64,000 nt of DNA from Lepidodermella squamata. Taxonomy: Eukaryota; Animalia; Gastrotricha. The stretch is from assembly GCA_047495785.1 (NCBI GenBank), contig JBLDXI010000016.1:248001-312000 (forward strand). The letters are read 5' to 3'. Of this stretch, positions 1 to 12,471 are shown piece by piece. A model generated the notes under the pieces. It made no database searches. It had not been told where the DNA came from and saw only the letters and a list, made by a program, of their open reading frames with translations. Position 1 is the stretch's first letter. Every line of letters starts with the position of its first letter. The translations under genes and the position numbers were made by a program.

Positions 1-1063
1 GGGGCATTCATTGCGCTTTACTACGATCTTTCGGTTGGAAATCTCCACCGGCGTAGAGTGGATGTAACATGGTAACCGAGGCGTAGTCGAACGGTATTCC
101 AAAGTCATCGAAGTTAGTTTGGAGGTAGTTCGAAAAGCTAATTTTCGCAGAGTTTAAATAATGAAGCATCCATTCCTATGAGCTTGGCAGACTCACTAAG
201 AACCGGGATTCATTACGCTGATGAACGTATCTCGATCTGGTCGCGTATGCTCTAGAGGCTGCAAGAATTTGAAAAAATTCACCCAACGGATTGAAAACTG
301 ACGCAGGCCAACTTACAACGCCTATTCTGGTAGCAAAGGAGCGCTGAAAAGCCTGAATTGTAGGAAAGATTTAACCAAGATTTGTCGCATCGCAAGTTTT
401 TCTATCTTGAGTTGATTTTACAACCTGATACTGCGATACTCATGACTAACATGAACTCGGAACTTGAGATTACAGAATGATAGGAAGGCCCAATAAAAAG
501 CAGCTACCTCGGAGTTTTTTCTCGTAACAGACCTTTATCCCCGCATAAATGCTGCCACTTGTCTTTCCAGGCTCGAGGTACTGCTCTGTTCCACTGCATG
601 AAAATTGCAAATTCATCATAGACGTAGTAGTCATTATTTATAAGAAGCTCACACTTCCGGGACAGCTTCGGTAACTTCTAGATAATTCGCGTTCGAGCTG
701 TTCATAATCTGGAAATCGAAGCAAGTATGTTGCTTGTAGAAGTTGAGAGCGGCCTCGAATTCGACAATAAAGGCAGGTGCTATGAAGTAAAGGGGGAGAG
801 TGACACGTTTTGATGCAAAATAGCTGTTACTCATAAACTGTTTTATAAACTATCCCGAGAGGCAGCGGCCAGCAAATTGGTGCAGCAGCCTGCAGACTTG
901 GGCTTTCACCATCTCGACTGTTCTGAGATCCTCCACGCTGTGGCCGGCAATTGAATTAAGCTGTTTTCTTTTGTTTTCATCCAGTTATTCAGCAACTTAC
1001 ACTCATAACGATTGCCATGTTAATGCAAGCTATCGTCAGTGAGAGATCCCGCGAATAAAACAT
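1..1063 (-). pseudogene. Astacin-like pseudoprotease paralogue 1 (5' part, runs off the window); frameshifted
   Basis: Spliced reading: 21-aa first exon MFYSRDLSLTIACINMAIVMS|gtaag, then ...SLQAAAPICWPLPLGI..., zinc-motif region AFQRSFATRIGV|PLEHTRPDRD, then FGIPFDYASVTMLHPLY..PKD. After PKD it is 4 nt shorter than copy 2, giving TGA at 8-10. Confidence 0.75.
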
Positions 1064-2103
1064 TTCCAGAAGTGAAAATATATTCTAAGCTAGGGCAAAA
1101 ATCAACTCGTGACAAGGTTCGATCTTGGATCCTGGAGGAATTTTGAAGATTTTCCACTAAAACGAATGTCCACGAACGAAAATTTACAGGCGAAGTAACA
1201 TTAAAATTAGAAAATAGAGAACATGTAAAGGTCCTGGTAAGACGAGCCTGTTCTCGTTCGAAATAGGGCACAATTTGGCGATGCTGCTTTTACATAGATG
1301 TGTCGGTAGATTAATTTTCGGTTAATTTTAATTTTGAAAAGTTCTAATTGTGGTGATCGTTATCCCGAACGGTCTTTACCTTGAATGACAGGTAAAGTCG
1401 CTTCAGGAAGGAGAGTGGAATAAGCTCAGGTAACAAATCCGATACAATAGTGTCAAATGTTATCCTATTTCACGCTACGTTATTTATCGAGCTGGAAAAA
1501 ATTGGAAATATAAATTTCGGTGTAAATGTATTTGCGAATTTCATGTTTTTTGTTTAGCACTTGTTTTTATGCTTTTATGAAAATCGGCGCGCGTTCAGTC
1601 AGCTGAGCCCACGCGATCAGAATAACTGTGCGTATTGCGCGTCATTCATTTGGTGATTTCGAACAACTGGGCAAGAGCTTTTTTGATCGATGTTCTTCAA
1701 CATTGATAAGCACATCACATTGGCAGCATCAAATTTAAGATCAGACACACATTGCAAACGCAATAATAATTCGATCAAAGAAATATCAATATCAGCAACA
1801 TTTTTTCTCAAGCATTTCCTTGAAAACATTTTTTATTTTACAATACAATTTAGAGATACTCGAATCATTTTTCCAGTCTGATGAAGTTACAACCGAAGTG
1901 TACTGGTTACTGTTCAGGAGATTTTAAAAGCTCGAGGTGCAAATCTACGAATAGCTCATTTACCAACAGATGATACATCTCGCGGAAGTCCCCGAAGCCC
2001 AAGGTCCCTCGTTCAGAAAATTCAACTCGAGATCTTTATTTGGCAACATATATAACTTCTGAACGGCTGTTTATTTTCGATTTTAGCCATAGCATGTATC
2101 TAT

Positions 2104-2427
2104 TCAGGGTCTTGGAAACTGCGTGATTGTTTTCAGTTCCTCAGATTTCAAGACATTGTACCATTTACCAGACGTTCCGGTAAGAATTTTAGCCGCCCCA
2201 GCTCGGTTTTTCGGCGCTGACCAGCCCTTGGACGCCAATAATGATGGCGGCATGATAACGACTCGCCGTCGAAGGTTGTTGAGGTGCTGGTTGGAGGTGG
2301 CGCGAGTCACAAAAGCCTCATCACGCCGAAGGCCTGTTTTAGCAGCTGATGGTCCACCTTGAACGTGATGAAACAGCAATAAGCTGTAGAATAGCGGGAA
2401 CGACGCGAAAAGTTTGAAATTTTTCAT
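2104..2427 (-). CDS. Secreted cationic prepropeptide, family member 1 (107 aa, intronless)
   Basis: Hydrophobic signal ending VQG/GP, RR and RRR basic sites, no Cys. Similar to ORFs at 12472 and 13627. Confidence 0.7.
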   Translation of the reverse strand: MKNFKLFASFPLFYSLLLFHHVQGGPSAAKTGLRRDEAFVTRATSNQHLNNLRRRVVIMPPSLLASKGWSAPKNRAGAAKILTGTSGKWYNVLKSEELKTITQFPRP

Positions 2428-5000
2428 CTACTTCATGTACAAAATGTTCGATTTTAAGCGTGCACTGAAATCTGACATTTAAAGTTAGAGCTTGAATGCG
2501 AAGGTGGCAATCGCCCACCGGCTTTTCAGAATTTCAGGATAGAATTTCAGGATGCTATGTTTACATGAGCTTAGTCAATTGATTTCTCAGACGTGATGAA
2601 TTGCAATAATCACAGTAAAATGAGACATGCAAGGTCGCGCAAATTCCTAAGTGTGTGAATGCTACGCTTAAGGGCAGATCCTGATGACTAGACTTCGATG
2701 GTGAAGGAAATTAGACTCTTTTTGAATTACTCTCGACTCAATAGGTGACGAACCATCGAATAAAGTCTCGCACTGAGATCTTATCAGCTTCATGGATTCA
2801 TGATTGTGAGAGTTGAGAAGTTTCCTCGTGGTATTATAAATGTTAATATGCTGAGTACGGGAGGGAAAGGGGGAAATGACCCAGCCCTCCCTTTTCGAAT
2901 TTCGAATTCGTTCGAATTTTGTGAACAAATTATGGCTCTTCTCGAGCATATATTCGGCTCAAAATTGTCGATTTTCCCCCTGACTATTGTATGTACCTGT
3001 TGAGAGTCATTCGCAGAACCTTACGTTCCGGGAATGAGTGCCGGGACATTGCAATAAGGAACAAAACGCCGAGACTCAACCTTCGGTTTTTTAACCATGA
3101 GGCCTCGGATCTTTTAGCAGAATAGTGCAAGGTCAAATCATTCTGACGCGAAACGAATATTTTAATGAGCAAATTGTCAACGCAAGAAATAACATAGATA
3201 TGTGTCGAACTCTGATATCTAATGAAAAGGAGAGAAAATCATAACCAATAAAGAAGATATAGTATTATTTTATATACACCGTTCTCATCATTAAGCAGAA
3301 GAAATGGTGTTTTCGTTGGCGCAGTATTTCCGGCTCATTTAATCAATCCCAAGCATAGATCAATGTTTTTGGCAAACGGGGTATACTTGTTGTACCGATT
3401 GACCTGGAAATTCATTGATGACATTGAGGAATTCGTGCGAAATCTTAATTATCCACTCACTTCAAGCTCGCCAGAATCGCACTTGCCGTCACATCTGATT
3501 CCCTTGCTGGCTGAATAGCACTTCCTGGCTGTCTGAAAAATATTGGACATTGAAAAGTTATAATTTATACTGTCTCTCATGAACAAACACCCACCGCTGT
3601 CCGACACTTGTCTTCGTAAACCCTGCCTTGACTCAGGAATGCAAATTCAGTGGCGTTGTTGCATTGGCGACGGCAATCTACGAATCGCTTGGTGGCTTTC
3701 GAGCCGCATCGAACGCGAATCTTATCGTCAGGTGTTGGATTAGTTACTGTCGAATACATACAATTAAATAATGATGGCTTTCTAAATCAAATCCCACCAT
3801 TGGAAACAGCAATCGGGATGTCACACGTTTCGGTTTGATTGCTGGCATAGTCTACGATGCAATAAGGACCGGTCAGCCTTGACTCGGGATTTCGGCAGAA
3901 ATTCAGCGATTCGTTGACCAATCCACGCGGAAATTTGACGTATTCGTTCAGATTATATCTAAATTCACCCGGATCAGGCCACGGCTTACATATCAGCCCA
4001 GACTTGGTCGTCGAAACCTTGCCCTCGTAGTCGTAACCGGTCGCCGTAAGTCGCAGCTCGGCCTTGTTATCAGTCGGGCAGGATCGAGCAACGAGTCTGA
4101 ATCCTTTGCCGGGGCTCTTTGAATTGGCTTTGAAGTGAATAACGGCTGTATTCCCACTAGTCTCGTAAATTCTGCCAGAGCTAACGCCGTAAGAGCAGAT
4201 TCGCAAGTAAGGCTTAGTGCCATCGGTCGGATCGCGAAATTCGACGTAGTCGAAGCACGATTCGGTCGTCGCTGACGAACCAGTATCCACTGTGTCAATT
4301 GAAATGCTAAATTAATATTCTCATCGTGCACATTAAAAAGTTCAAACAATAATATGAAATAATGAAATTATTAATCCTTATTTTTTTTGGGAGTGACAAT
4401 CGTCAATTGCAAAGAGCCTAATTTGTATCAATATTTTAAAATAAAAGCCCCTCACCTATTCCGACAGTAAGATTCGGTCTGCCATCAAAACCAAACGCAA
4501 TGCCAGGCTGAAAAAAATATTTCATTTTCGTTTTATTCAGCGTATAAATTGCACCTGGCCACTGATGATCCGCCACGAACATGAACTGCCAACAGGATAG
4601 TTGTTAGGATAGTTGGGCGATTCGATGATTTGCGAGACACAAGGCTGAAGATTGATGACGCCACCGCAAATTTCACCCGGGAATGGAGGCAAAGCTTCGC
4701 AAGTGGGACCGCCAAAGCCGGGTGGGCACTTGCAAATGCTGCAATTCTTAGGATCTCGATAGCCGCCGTATTTGCAGCTTGGAGCAGGGCCGTTGCATTG
4801 GGCTATGATATTACGAGTCGTTTCAAAGAGATTTCTCGTCTTTCTATCGTGTAAATCACTCACCCAAGCAGTCGTAGATCATGTTGAAGTATTTGATGTT
4901 ATTGAATGATGGCAGCGGGGCATTCGTGGCACCAATGTAGCGCAGGTCCTTCGGTAGGTATTCGTAACCATCTTCAAGTGGATGCAACATGGTTGCTGAG

Positions 5001-8000
5001 ACCTAACGGAACCTAGCAGCGGGTTTTCATCAGCACTGACTTCCACTCATCCTGGAAGTCTCATCATTTGTTATGGATTGTTATGGACCAATACTAGTTG
5101 GTAGAAACAAAAATTACATTTGCATCACCTTCCGTTGGCGTGCTGCCAACTTTTGCTGCCAAGTTCAACTTTTACACTGTAAAAAGGGTGCATCGATTTG
5201 GGACCCCATTTGTTATATCCGACAGCAGCACATAACAAACGTGAGAATTTGTTATATAACGTAACAAATGACGCTGATTGCGATGGTGCTTTTTATTTTA
5301 CCACCAGCATCACCTGGACAGGTGTGGATCGAAAAAACCAGGTATGGTGGCTTACCTGAGCAGGTAGGGTGCGTCCCATGACCTCGAGATAATTTTTTTC
5401 GGATTCTCCGTCGAAAATTACAGGTATTCCCCAAGTTTTTTGAATTTCTGATATACATAACTCACGAAATGAGAAATATAATGATCTTACACAGAGTTGC
5501 AATTTCCGTGGTCATTTGTTGATGTCAGTCAATAATGAGAGTTACTCGCTTGGAAGCGAAACTTGGATTCTTCAACATTGCCCCGTATGTCTAACAATGA
5601 GTGCACCAGGGTAAAAAATGATGCAGAATTCAACCGTGCTATTGTCAAACCAACAAAATTGATTGCTACGTGGTTAATTGATCACGTGACCTATTCGCTT
5701 TATCAAGTTTCTGATGGGTACGAATTGAATTATATTACCTTATCTGTTATAACTGTCAGCACATCATAAAAAACGTGGTATTTTGTCCTATATGGTAATA
5801 ATTGGCGCTGAGAACGCTGGTGATGTTTATTTTACTATCAGCACCTTCTGGACAGGTGAGGATTGCTAAGAACAGGTAAGATGTCTTCCAGCGAGCATCA
5901 TAGTGAGACTCTATTCTGAATTCATTTCAAGGCAATTTTATTGAATTTTATGAAATTGATGAAAGTTATAAGTTCTACTGTTGTTCTACATGTTGATCCG
6001 ATGTCCTGAAAGAAGCCGAGTGGACCTACATGTTTGTTTTGTTTCCATAACCGTCGTAGCCGAATTTCCGAATTTCCGAAATTGATGAGCAAGAAAAGTA
6101 AGAAACTCGAGGTGAATAATGTGAGTATAGGCATACATCTTTGAAATAGATATTTATTTATTTATTTATTTATGAGCATTAATATCCAAGGGATGTAGGA
6201 CAGCTCAGCTGAAAAAGAAGCATGATTAGTACAATTAGATTCGACGTGAAGAGGTCATTATGTAGATATCAACAAAGAAAGTTAGGAAATTAGGAAAAAG
6301 ACAATGACATGCATACCAGTATAAAAATATCGTATTTAGACTCAACAAGGAATTAGAAATTAATCATCAGTAACGGTATTTACAATTTCACCGCTTGCCT
6401 CGATGACGTCACAACCTTCCTCAGTGTTTGCAGTAGGTTCAGACAGTAAATAATGATAAGTTAGGTTCCGGCATTGATCCGCGCTGGTAGCTAAGCGAAT
6501 TTCGTTCGGCAAGCCATTCCAGAACGTGGCGCCACGGTATCGAAGGCATCGCATCGAAGTATCGGTCTTCGCGCGAGGGACAACCAGCAGGTTGTTCGAT
6601 GCATTTATGTTGACTTGCCTCCTTGTGACCCCAGCGGTTTTCTCTTGCAGTTTGAAGAACTCGGCTAAGGCAGCCGGTGCTTCGCCATTGATGCAGCGCC
6701 ATATCATGGTTGCCAGATGAACTTTCCTTTTACCATCAAGGTCTAGCCATTTTAGCTTTTTCCTCAGAGATTCGATGTCATCGTTTTCATTCGCATGACA
6801 AATTATGCGAATGGCTTTGTCCTGTCGTCGTTGAAGGCGCTCTAAGTTAGTTTTTGCCGCTTGGGCTAGGACGCTGTCACAGTACATTAGGTGACAGAAG
6901 ATGACACCATTAGCCATCAATTTGAGGGTTTTTCGATCAAGGAATTTAGCCGCAAATTTTAGAGCAAAGAGACCACCCCTGGTTTTGTTACCCACATGTT
7001 TGAGCTGTTCAGTGTCATAATCAGATATTAATTTTCGTATCAGAAATCAGAATAAACCATAGCACTTGCTGATCTTAAGTATTCCAAAATTTAAGAGTAT
7101 CAATAAACAAATTAAACAATGATTCCTCAAAGAAGGTAACGAATATTATTGACTTTCTCGCACGAAAAGGTCATATTAACAGAATAAAATATTATAGGTA
7201 ACAATAAAATCAACATCACCAACGTTTTCAGGGCTACTTTTTATCTTCTAGAATTAAAATTCCACATTTGTTACGTAGCGCTGTCAGTTAAAAAAATATC
7301 GTTCTCTAATTCAATTCAGACCCATTTTAAATTTGAATAGCCGGCTACGTATCACGTGGTCAATTATAACCGCCAAGCCGTCAATTATATTCGTTAGACA
7401 ATAGAGATGTTAATTTCTGCATCTTTTTTTACCCTAGTGCACTCATTAAAATGTGAAGTTGATGTAAAATAATCCAAGCTTTCGCTGCCAAGCAAGTAAT
7501 TTTCATTGCAAACTGCCACAACCGACATTGAAATTGCAACTTTAGTTAAACTCGCTTTTATTTCTCGAGTTATATGAATCGAAAGTTCGCAATACTTTGT
7601 GAAACATGGTAATTTTCGACGGAGAATCCGAAAAAAATTATCTCGAGGTCATGGGACGCACCCTACCTGCTCAGGTAAGCCACCATACCTGGTTTTTTCG
7701 ATCCACACCTGTCCAGGTGATGCTGGTGGTAAAATAAAAAGCACCATCGCAATCAGCGTCATTTGTTACGTTATATAACAAATTCTCACGTTTGTTATGT
7801 GCTGCTGTCGGATATAACAAATGGGGTCCCAAATCGATGCACCCTTTTTACAGTGTAAAAGTTGAACTTGGCAGCAAAAGTTGGCAGCACGCCAACGGAA
7901 GGTGATGCAAATGTAATTTTTGTTTCTATCAACTAGTATTGGTCTATAACAATCCATAACAAATGATGAGACTTCCAGGATGAGTGGAAGTCAGTGCTGA

Positions 8001-8029
8001 TGAAAACCCGCTGCCAAGTTCAAAGCGGT
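5001..8029. mobile_element. Non-autonomous long-TIR (foldback/MULE-like) DNA element with 8-bp TSD
   Basis: TTGCTGAG duplicated at 4993-5000 and 8030-8037. About 5015-5420 is a near-identical inverted copy of about 7610-8015, with diverged inverted similarity extending to about 5700/7340. It splits the astacin exon between codons ..ASA and TML.. Confidence 0.9.
6155..7022 (-). mobile_element. 5'-truncated non-LTR retrotransposon (CR1/L2-like RT C-terminus) nested in the TIR element
   Basis: ORF 6360-6995 has YCDSV..LQRRQDKAIRII..LKWLDL..RKVH..YRGATFWNGLP. (TAAA)n tail at about 6153-6172. AGATATT on both flanks (6148, 7023) is a probable TSD. Confidence 0.85.
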
Positions 8030-8461
8030 TTGCTGAGGCGAAGTCGAACGGTATCCCGAAGTCATTGAAGTTAACTTGCGTGTAGTTGGCGAAGCTTGAA
8101 AAACGCGAACAATAAGCCTAACTTATTGCGAGGGCTTTGAAGACTTACTGGGAGTAGATGTTCTTGATTTCAATGTAATTATCCCGATCAGGTCGGGTGT
8201 GCTCCAACGGCTGAAAATTTGGCAATTTCAAAAAAAAAACATACCAATCTGATTTCAACGACTTACAATGCCTAGAACGGTTGCTAACGACCGGTGAATG
8301 GCCTGTTGAATAAAACCGCAAGAAAAACTTTGTAGAAATTTTCTCAAATCAAGCTTGTGTTTCTAGAGAACAGTAAACGAGTAGATTGTTGTCGGTTTCA
8401 TTTAGATGTGACTTGGAATCCTGCAAGGTCCCCACCAAGTTTTGATTCTAGAGTTTATTAA

Positions 8462-8934
8462 CACTTTAACTGCCAAAAAATACTGCAAGGTCCGATATTA
8501 GGGTCCAAATCCTGGGTCTGTCAAAAAGTCTCTTTTCTCGGGCCAACGATACGTCGTAGAGCAAATGCCCGATGGCAAAGTCGGCGGTTCTTTTGTCACC
8601 GAATTCGGGGCGACAAGGTCTCAACAGGTCTTTGGAAATGACAGAGAAACAACGTCGAAGTTTTGGATTATAGCCAAGAATTGGACCAAATTATCAGACC
8701 CAGATTATGGCGCAACAATCGAAATTTCACTGTTTATACAAGTTGTTTTCTGTGCGTTCCTTGAAATCTTTTGCCCCAAATTTGGCGTCAAAAGAACCGA
8801 GTCATGACCTACACTTTTCCATCAGGAATTCTGCTCTACGACGCATCGTTGGCCCGAGAAAAAAAGACTTTTTGACAAACCCAGGATTTGGACCCTAATA
8901 TCGGACCTCGCAGTCTTTTTTGGCAGCTGAAGTG
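8462..8934. mobile_element. TTAA-flanked MITE (piggyBac-like target site), intronic
   Basis: TTAA|CACTTTAACTGCCAAAAAA ... TTTTTTGGCAGCTGAAGTG|TTAA, with inverted arms of about 150 bp. Confidence 0.85.
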
Positions 8935-11616
8935 TTAAAGTGTTAATTATACTAGCCTCTATTTTCACTCCCGCCATGTGAGCACCATTTCCAGGTGTCA
9001 AGAATTGATATGTTGACCTGTAAAATAATAGTTATATACGAGTGATTATGAGTGATTAGTTATTTTGCTCACTGATCAGCGTTTCTTTCTTTTACACTCA
9101 GGCTATCATTGGCTGTGCTGTTAACAAAATCGAAGCAAGTATTTTGCTTGTAGAAGTTGAGAGCGGCTTCAAATTCCACAGTGAAGGCAGGCGCTGGCGA
9201 GAAAGAGTGCAAAATCAAGTGAAATACGTTAAATCAGATATTGAAACTTACAAACTTCCTCGATGTAATTTATTCCGAGAGGTAGAGGCCAGCAAAAGGA
9301 GGCCGCAGCCTGGAGATTTGGGTTGTCATCATCGCCGTGATACTTGGACATGTATCTGTCATACATTGACTGTGCCTCATCGCGAGTCATACGTAACATT
9401 TCATTCGGAAGCATGTATTCTTCAAAAGGGATCTGTGATTACGAAAAGATTGTGAGACATTACACATGAAATATTATTAATGTCTGAAACAGTGAGGGCA
9501 GGGAGAATTCATCTTAGAATTCCATTCCCGTTTAGAATCCAATACCCCATCGGAGCCAAGACCCCTGAGTGTCGAATTCAAAGTTCGGGAAATTTATTTG
9601 AATTTACAGAAATTTAATTGAAAAAATCGGAAATTTTCGATGACTTTAGAAGTTTGGTTAGGTGTGGTTCATAACTTGGCTAACCTTGGTTTCACCAGCA
9701 TCTAATTTCTTCTGGTATTCCAGATTGTACATGATTTGACGAACTTCTTCCATTTCAGTTCTGTCGGGCTACACGGCAAATTACAGGCATGATTGAACCA
9801 CGGATTTATAAAGTGATGAAATCTTACATTCATGGCGATTTGCGGCACAAGGCAAGCCATTGCAAGCAAGAGAAGACGTAAATGTAACATTATGACCTAA
9901 TTCTATGAAAAGAGGATCATAAAGCGTCTCAAAATTTGAGATTCACACATAACTGAGGTTCAGAAGCTTATTCTGTTATCTGTATCTAGAATAAAGGCCA
10001 GCTGGCCAATATTTAGAACGGAAAGAAGAGAGAAACTAATAAAACCTGAGATGAGCAGCTGCAAAAACTGATACAGCCGAATCAACTTGTTTTTTTCAAG
10101 TTTGTCATGCCGGCAACAAAGCGATCCTATAAAAATTGCCAGGTTTTTGATGAACTAGTTAACGAAATAAGCTGTTAATAACATTTAACAGCACATTTAT
10201 GATATTTTGTTTTGTTGTTTTGCTGGCTAATAAAAAATCACGTGTATGGTTGTCCGTGATTTGGCACGCGACCACCTATACGTTTTCACTATTCTCATTC
10301 ATTTTTATTGAATGTTGAAAACATCGTTATTTCAAAAATCCTGATGGCCATTTGATCAACGTAAAATTTATGATTCGTTTGGAGAACATTCTTGTGAACA
10401 TCGGCTCGGGCTTACTATAAAATAATGCGTTGAATGATTCAATTTTACAAATATTTTAAATTCCAATTTTGAATTCAACACATGAAACTTTGATGAATGA
10501 TTTCTCAGCAACTAAGAATCGAATGGATGCCGTTTTTTGACGTACCCATCCACTATACCAAATTCAGAATTAAATGATTTTCAGATGCACCGATGCGCCT
10601 CGGCAATGGCCAGTGGCAATGGCGGAGCTAATTGAAACCTTTGCAGATTTGTTATTCAAAAATATAAATTTATTGAATCTATCAATGCAAGCTGCAATTA
10701 GAAACCAGGAATAAGCATCAAGGCTGCTCATTTGAAAGCCTATCACTAGTCGGCCTTTCGAAGTACTCTTCGCGACCAATCGATCCCACGGTAGTGCTCA
10801 GAATCCTGGAGTAATTACCGCGATAGTTAACTATCCTCTCGAAGTTTTCTTCTGGCGAATGATGGACGTTGCTATTTTGTTGATTTTCTTGTGCTGCCTC
10901 AGCTTTTACCGTAGAACTCTATAAATGTGTCAAGCGTAAAAAATCATCATATCACCATCATATCATTCTAAACTAACCAATACAGCGATGAAGATGAGAG
11001 ATAGATATTTCATGTTTTGACAACTTTATTATGCATTATGCGATTATAGTCAAACGAATAGACCGCAGCCATATATTAATTGATAGACATCAACACCTGC
11101 TCATACAAGTTCGAGCAGAGCGGGTTTATGCACTCTTGACGTCATTATATGCGGAGTGTGGACCTTTTATTCCTAATAGCAATGACGGAATGCCAAGACT
11201 ATGACCTCATCGACATTGTAGTTGCCTATTACGCCTGATATAATATTACTAAAGAAAAATTATTCATAATTTTATACTGATGCGATTTCGTTAGCAATTT
11301 GGTACAGACTGCGGCAACTAAGGCTTGACGTACGTAACGAGCTTCATGTTGGAAACAGAAGCTATAATGATGTCATCAGATCGGACCAGATCAGATCAGA
11401 TAAAAGTAGGTCAACTTGACCATCCGCAAGTGTCATTGTATGAAATGGACAGTGCAGTTTTGCATAAATGTCATACGTCATACCAGCGATTGTCGAGCAT
11501 TCATTATTCATCATTACATTGATATACATGCTGAATAATTGGACTGGGATGCACACACATATAGTACATATTTTTACGATAGCTGCATTTTACAAAATAT
11601 AGGCGATCATCACGAA

Positions 11617-11919
11617 ATGAAAAACTTAATCCCCGTCATTATTTTGGTTAGTTCAAGAGTTAATTCTTGGATATTGCCAGTTTTAAACATAATTTCTATA
11701 TTTTATTTACAGATTTCAATCGTAGCATCAGAGGCAGCATGGATAGTGCGACCGTTTAGTAACATCCGCAGTAATTACCGGGAGGAAGATTTCGAGAGGT
11801 TACCTGATTATCGCACGGAGTCGCCAACGATTCTGAGGACAACAACCTTGATCAGTCGCGAAGAGAACTTTGAAAGACCATCAGCATGGGAGAAACTGTT
11901 AGATCGCCAAAATGTTTAA
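11617..11919 (+). CDS. Small secreted protein with REE(D/N)FER repeat; two exons
   Basis: MKNLIPVIIL|gttagt..tttacag|ISIVASEAAWIVRPF...REEDFER...REENFER...QNV*. Splicing creates a clean signal peptide. AATAAA at about 11991. Confidence 0.65.
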   Translation: MKNLIPVIILVSSRVNSWILPVLNIISIFYLQISIVASEAAWIVRPFSNIRSNYREEDFERLPDYRTESPTILRTTTLISREENFERPSAWEKLLDRQNV

Positions 11920-12199
11920 AGATGGATAGCCGATATACAATTCGCATAGCTCTGATTTAGATTACTTCAACAAATTTACCTTTTCTACCGAATAAAAGCG
12001 ATATGGGCACGTTCGCCGCTTTTCTGATTGCTGTGGTCTCCATTAATATGTCGGCTGTAGCAGAGATTGCCGATATCTTAACTGTTTTCCAGATAGGGTA
12101 GACTCACGGCTCCAAACTGAACCAGGAAAGTTTTTCGAATTACGAAGACACGTTGAGTTCTGCTTTATTTTGAGGGTGATGACTGAAGGCTAATATTAT

Positions 12200-12342
12200 A
12201 CAATTTCCGATATTATCCGGGTGGATAGCAAGATGAATATCGGCCTGAAGGCTATAGCTAGGTTAGCCGAAGGCTGGAATAGATGCCTAAAGGACGAATA
12301 TCCATCGCTGTCCACCGATAACCGGATATGGTTTTTATTGTT
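12200..12342. repeat. Degenerate palindromic element with internal GCC(T)GAAGGC hairpin motifs
   Basis: ATCCGGGTGGATAGCAAGATGAATAT.. is an imperfect inverse of ..ATATCCATCGCTGTCCACCGATAACCGGAT. Confidence 0.45.
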
Positions 12343-12471
12343 ATCCCGCGTCAATAATCATCAATAAGCATATATTCATTGGTTTAAGAAACAATGATTC
12401 GAGACATCATGAAAACTGATCAATAAGTCAACGCTTTCATCGCCATTCGTTACTTCTCACTCGTTTGCCAA

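Larger units (their letters stand above)
3335..9890 (-). pseudogene. Astacin-like(dead)-EGF-CUB-kringle-Cys-repeat paralogue 2, interrupted by a 3-kb TIR element
   Basis: Signal MLHLRLLLLAMACLVPQIAMN, prodomain exons, FCWPLPLG, AIHRSLATVLGI|PLEHTRPDRD, GIPFDFASA[insertion]TMLHPLE, EGF (CKYGGYRDPKNCSICKCPPGFGGPTC), CUB (CGG..IESPNYP..CSW; CFDYVEF), kringle (YEGKVSTTKSGLICKPW..NFCRNP..GPYC). Ends IDLCLGLIK* at 3335. Confidence 0.85.

Noticed and set aside
1-30. TGA at 8-10 as selenocysteine or readthrough
   Set aside because: Alignment to paralogue 2 shows a frameshift; homologous NAP codons continue in another frame.
1230-1830. Possible further exons or ORFs upstream of paralogue 1
   Set aside because: Some splice-like signals are present, but I could not build a coherent model or recognise a domain.
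5073-7957. Twin 63-aa ORFs MDCY.PILV.. on opposite strands
   Set aside because: They arise simply from the inverted repeat and have no recognisable domain.
5001-8029. Element acting as a self-removing intron (introner) that rescues paralogue 2
   Set aside because: There is no GT/GC donor at the element start on the gene's strand, and the 8-bp TSD would shift frame.
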